Virus record (IMG/VR): IMGVR_UViG_3300030433_003060
Coordinates: 1-26,779 of that record
DNA length: 26,779 nt
Strand: one strand, 5' to 3'
DNA from: a virus
Taxonomy: Duplodnaviria > Caudoviricetes
The stretch's first letter is position 1; every line of letters starts with the position of its first letter. Shown here piece after piece: positions 26,233 to 26,779 of this stretch. The notes beneath the pieces are model-generated. The model was not told the DNA's origin. It saw only the letters and a program-made list of their open reading frames with translations, and did not search any database. The position numbers were made by a program, and so were the translations under genes.

Positions 26233-26340
26233 ATGGGTAAAAAAGGTGATTGCGGATGCGGGAAGATGCGTAAAGCAGCTCCCAAGAAGAAGACCGGCGG
26301 CATTAAGCTATTGAACCGACGCGGTAGAAAGAAGAAATGA
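26233..26340 (+). CDS. Small, highly basic peptide (35 aa) MGKKGDCGCGKMRKAAPKKKTGGIKLLNRRGRKKK; absent from the ORF track
   Basis: Manual translation; fills the gap, and its stop overlaps the next start (ATGA at 26337-26340); 15 of 35 residues are K/R. Confidence 0.7.
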   Translation: MGKKGDCGCGKMRKAAPKKKTGGIKLLNRRGRKKK

Positions 26341-26779
26341 TCACGCTAGAGCAGGTCAAACAAGAGATCCACAACTGGACCAAGAACTATCTTGATGTCC
26401 CAAGCGATCACTACAACGGCAACAAGCCATGCCCATTTGCCAAGAAGACCCTAGACACCAACGACTACCGCATCGAGCTGACCTCTGAACACCCCGCTAG
26501 GTGGTACCAAGAGTTCGCAGAGGACGACAAGAAGATCTACATCATTGCTTACCAGCCTGACATGATTGGTCTGGGAGAAGCAGTAGAAGAGCTGAACCTC
26601 AAGTGGCTGCAAGACGACGTGTGGGGTATTGCATTTGAGCCAAGCGATGAGGTACCAGAGGACGATACCAACGACCCCGATCAGTGGGGGAGTGTGACTG
26701 AAGAGTCCTATCCTCTGTTGCTCATCCAATCACTGTCAGAGCTTGACTCTCTTTCGCTTTCTCTCGAGAAAAAGGGCTA
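26337..26779 (+). CDS. CPFA-motif protein (DUF1415-like by eye), 3'-truncated; absent from the ORF track
   Basis: Manual translation MITLEQVKQEIHNWTKNYLDVPSDHYNGNKPCPFAKK...YPLLLIQSLSELDSLSLSLEKKG; open to the window end; ATGA-coupled start. Confidence 0.75.
   Translation, partial: MITLEQVKQEIHNWTKNYLDVPSDHYNGNKPCPFAKKTLDTNDYRIELTSEHPARWYQEFAEDDKKIYIIAYQPDMIGLGEAVEELNLKWLQDDVWGIAFEPSDEVPEDDTNDPDQWGSVTEESYPLLLIQSLSELDSLSLSLEKKG

Noticed and set aside
26093-26314. 73-aa + strand ORF in the track
   Set aside because: Overlaps the 1264-aa gene out of frame; the 35-aa ORF at 26233-26340 fits the gap and couples to the next gene.
1-26779. Stop-codon reassignment, tRNA genes, CRISPR array, introns or inteins
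   Set aside because: TAA, TAG and TGA all end genes at coupled junctions; intergenic space is nearly absent; no spaced repeat arrays or splice motifs seen.

Overview
This window is the virion morphogenesis region of a tailed dsDNA phage with podovirus-like (P22/T7-style) architecture. All credible genes lie on the + strand and are tightly coupled by ATGA/GTGA/TAATG overlaps, in the standard genetic code. Order: terminase large subunit (5'-truncated), small orphan, portal, scaffold, major capsid protein, intrinsic terminator, unknown, head-tail adaptor, a three-gene collagen / Cys-rich / CGC cassette, a 1801-aa tail nozzle-like protein with inserted domains, a block of putative internal (ejection) proteins interrupted by two paralogous small beta-proteins, an unannotated 35-aa basic peptide, and a 3'-truncated CPFA-motif protein. 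Product calls rest on motifs read by eye plus synteny; no searches were run. Most unusual: (1) a cysteine-centred cassette between adaptor and nozzle, including a 658-aa protein with about 47 Cys; (2) a shared M-[ST]-Q-[FI] N-terminus on four putative ejection proteins, possibly a capsid-loading or ejection signal, two of which share an exact 16-nt junction repeat; (3) nested and reused accessory domains in tail proteins. I saw no RNA genes, CRISPR array, integrase or transposase.
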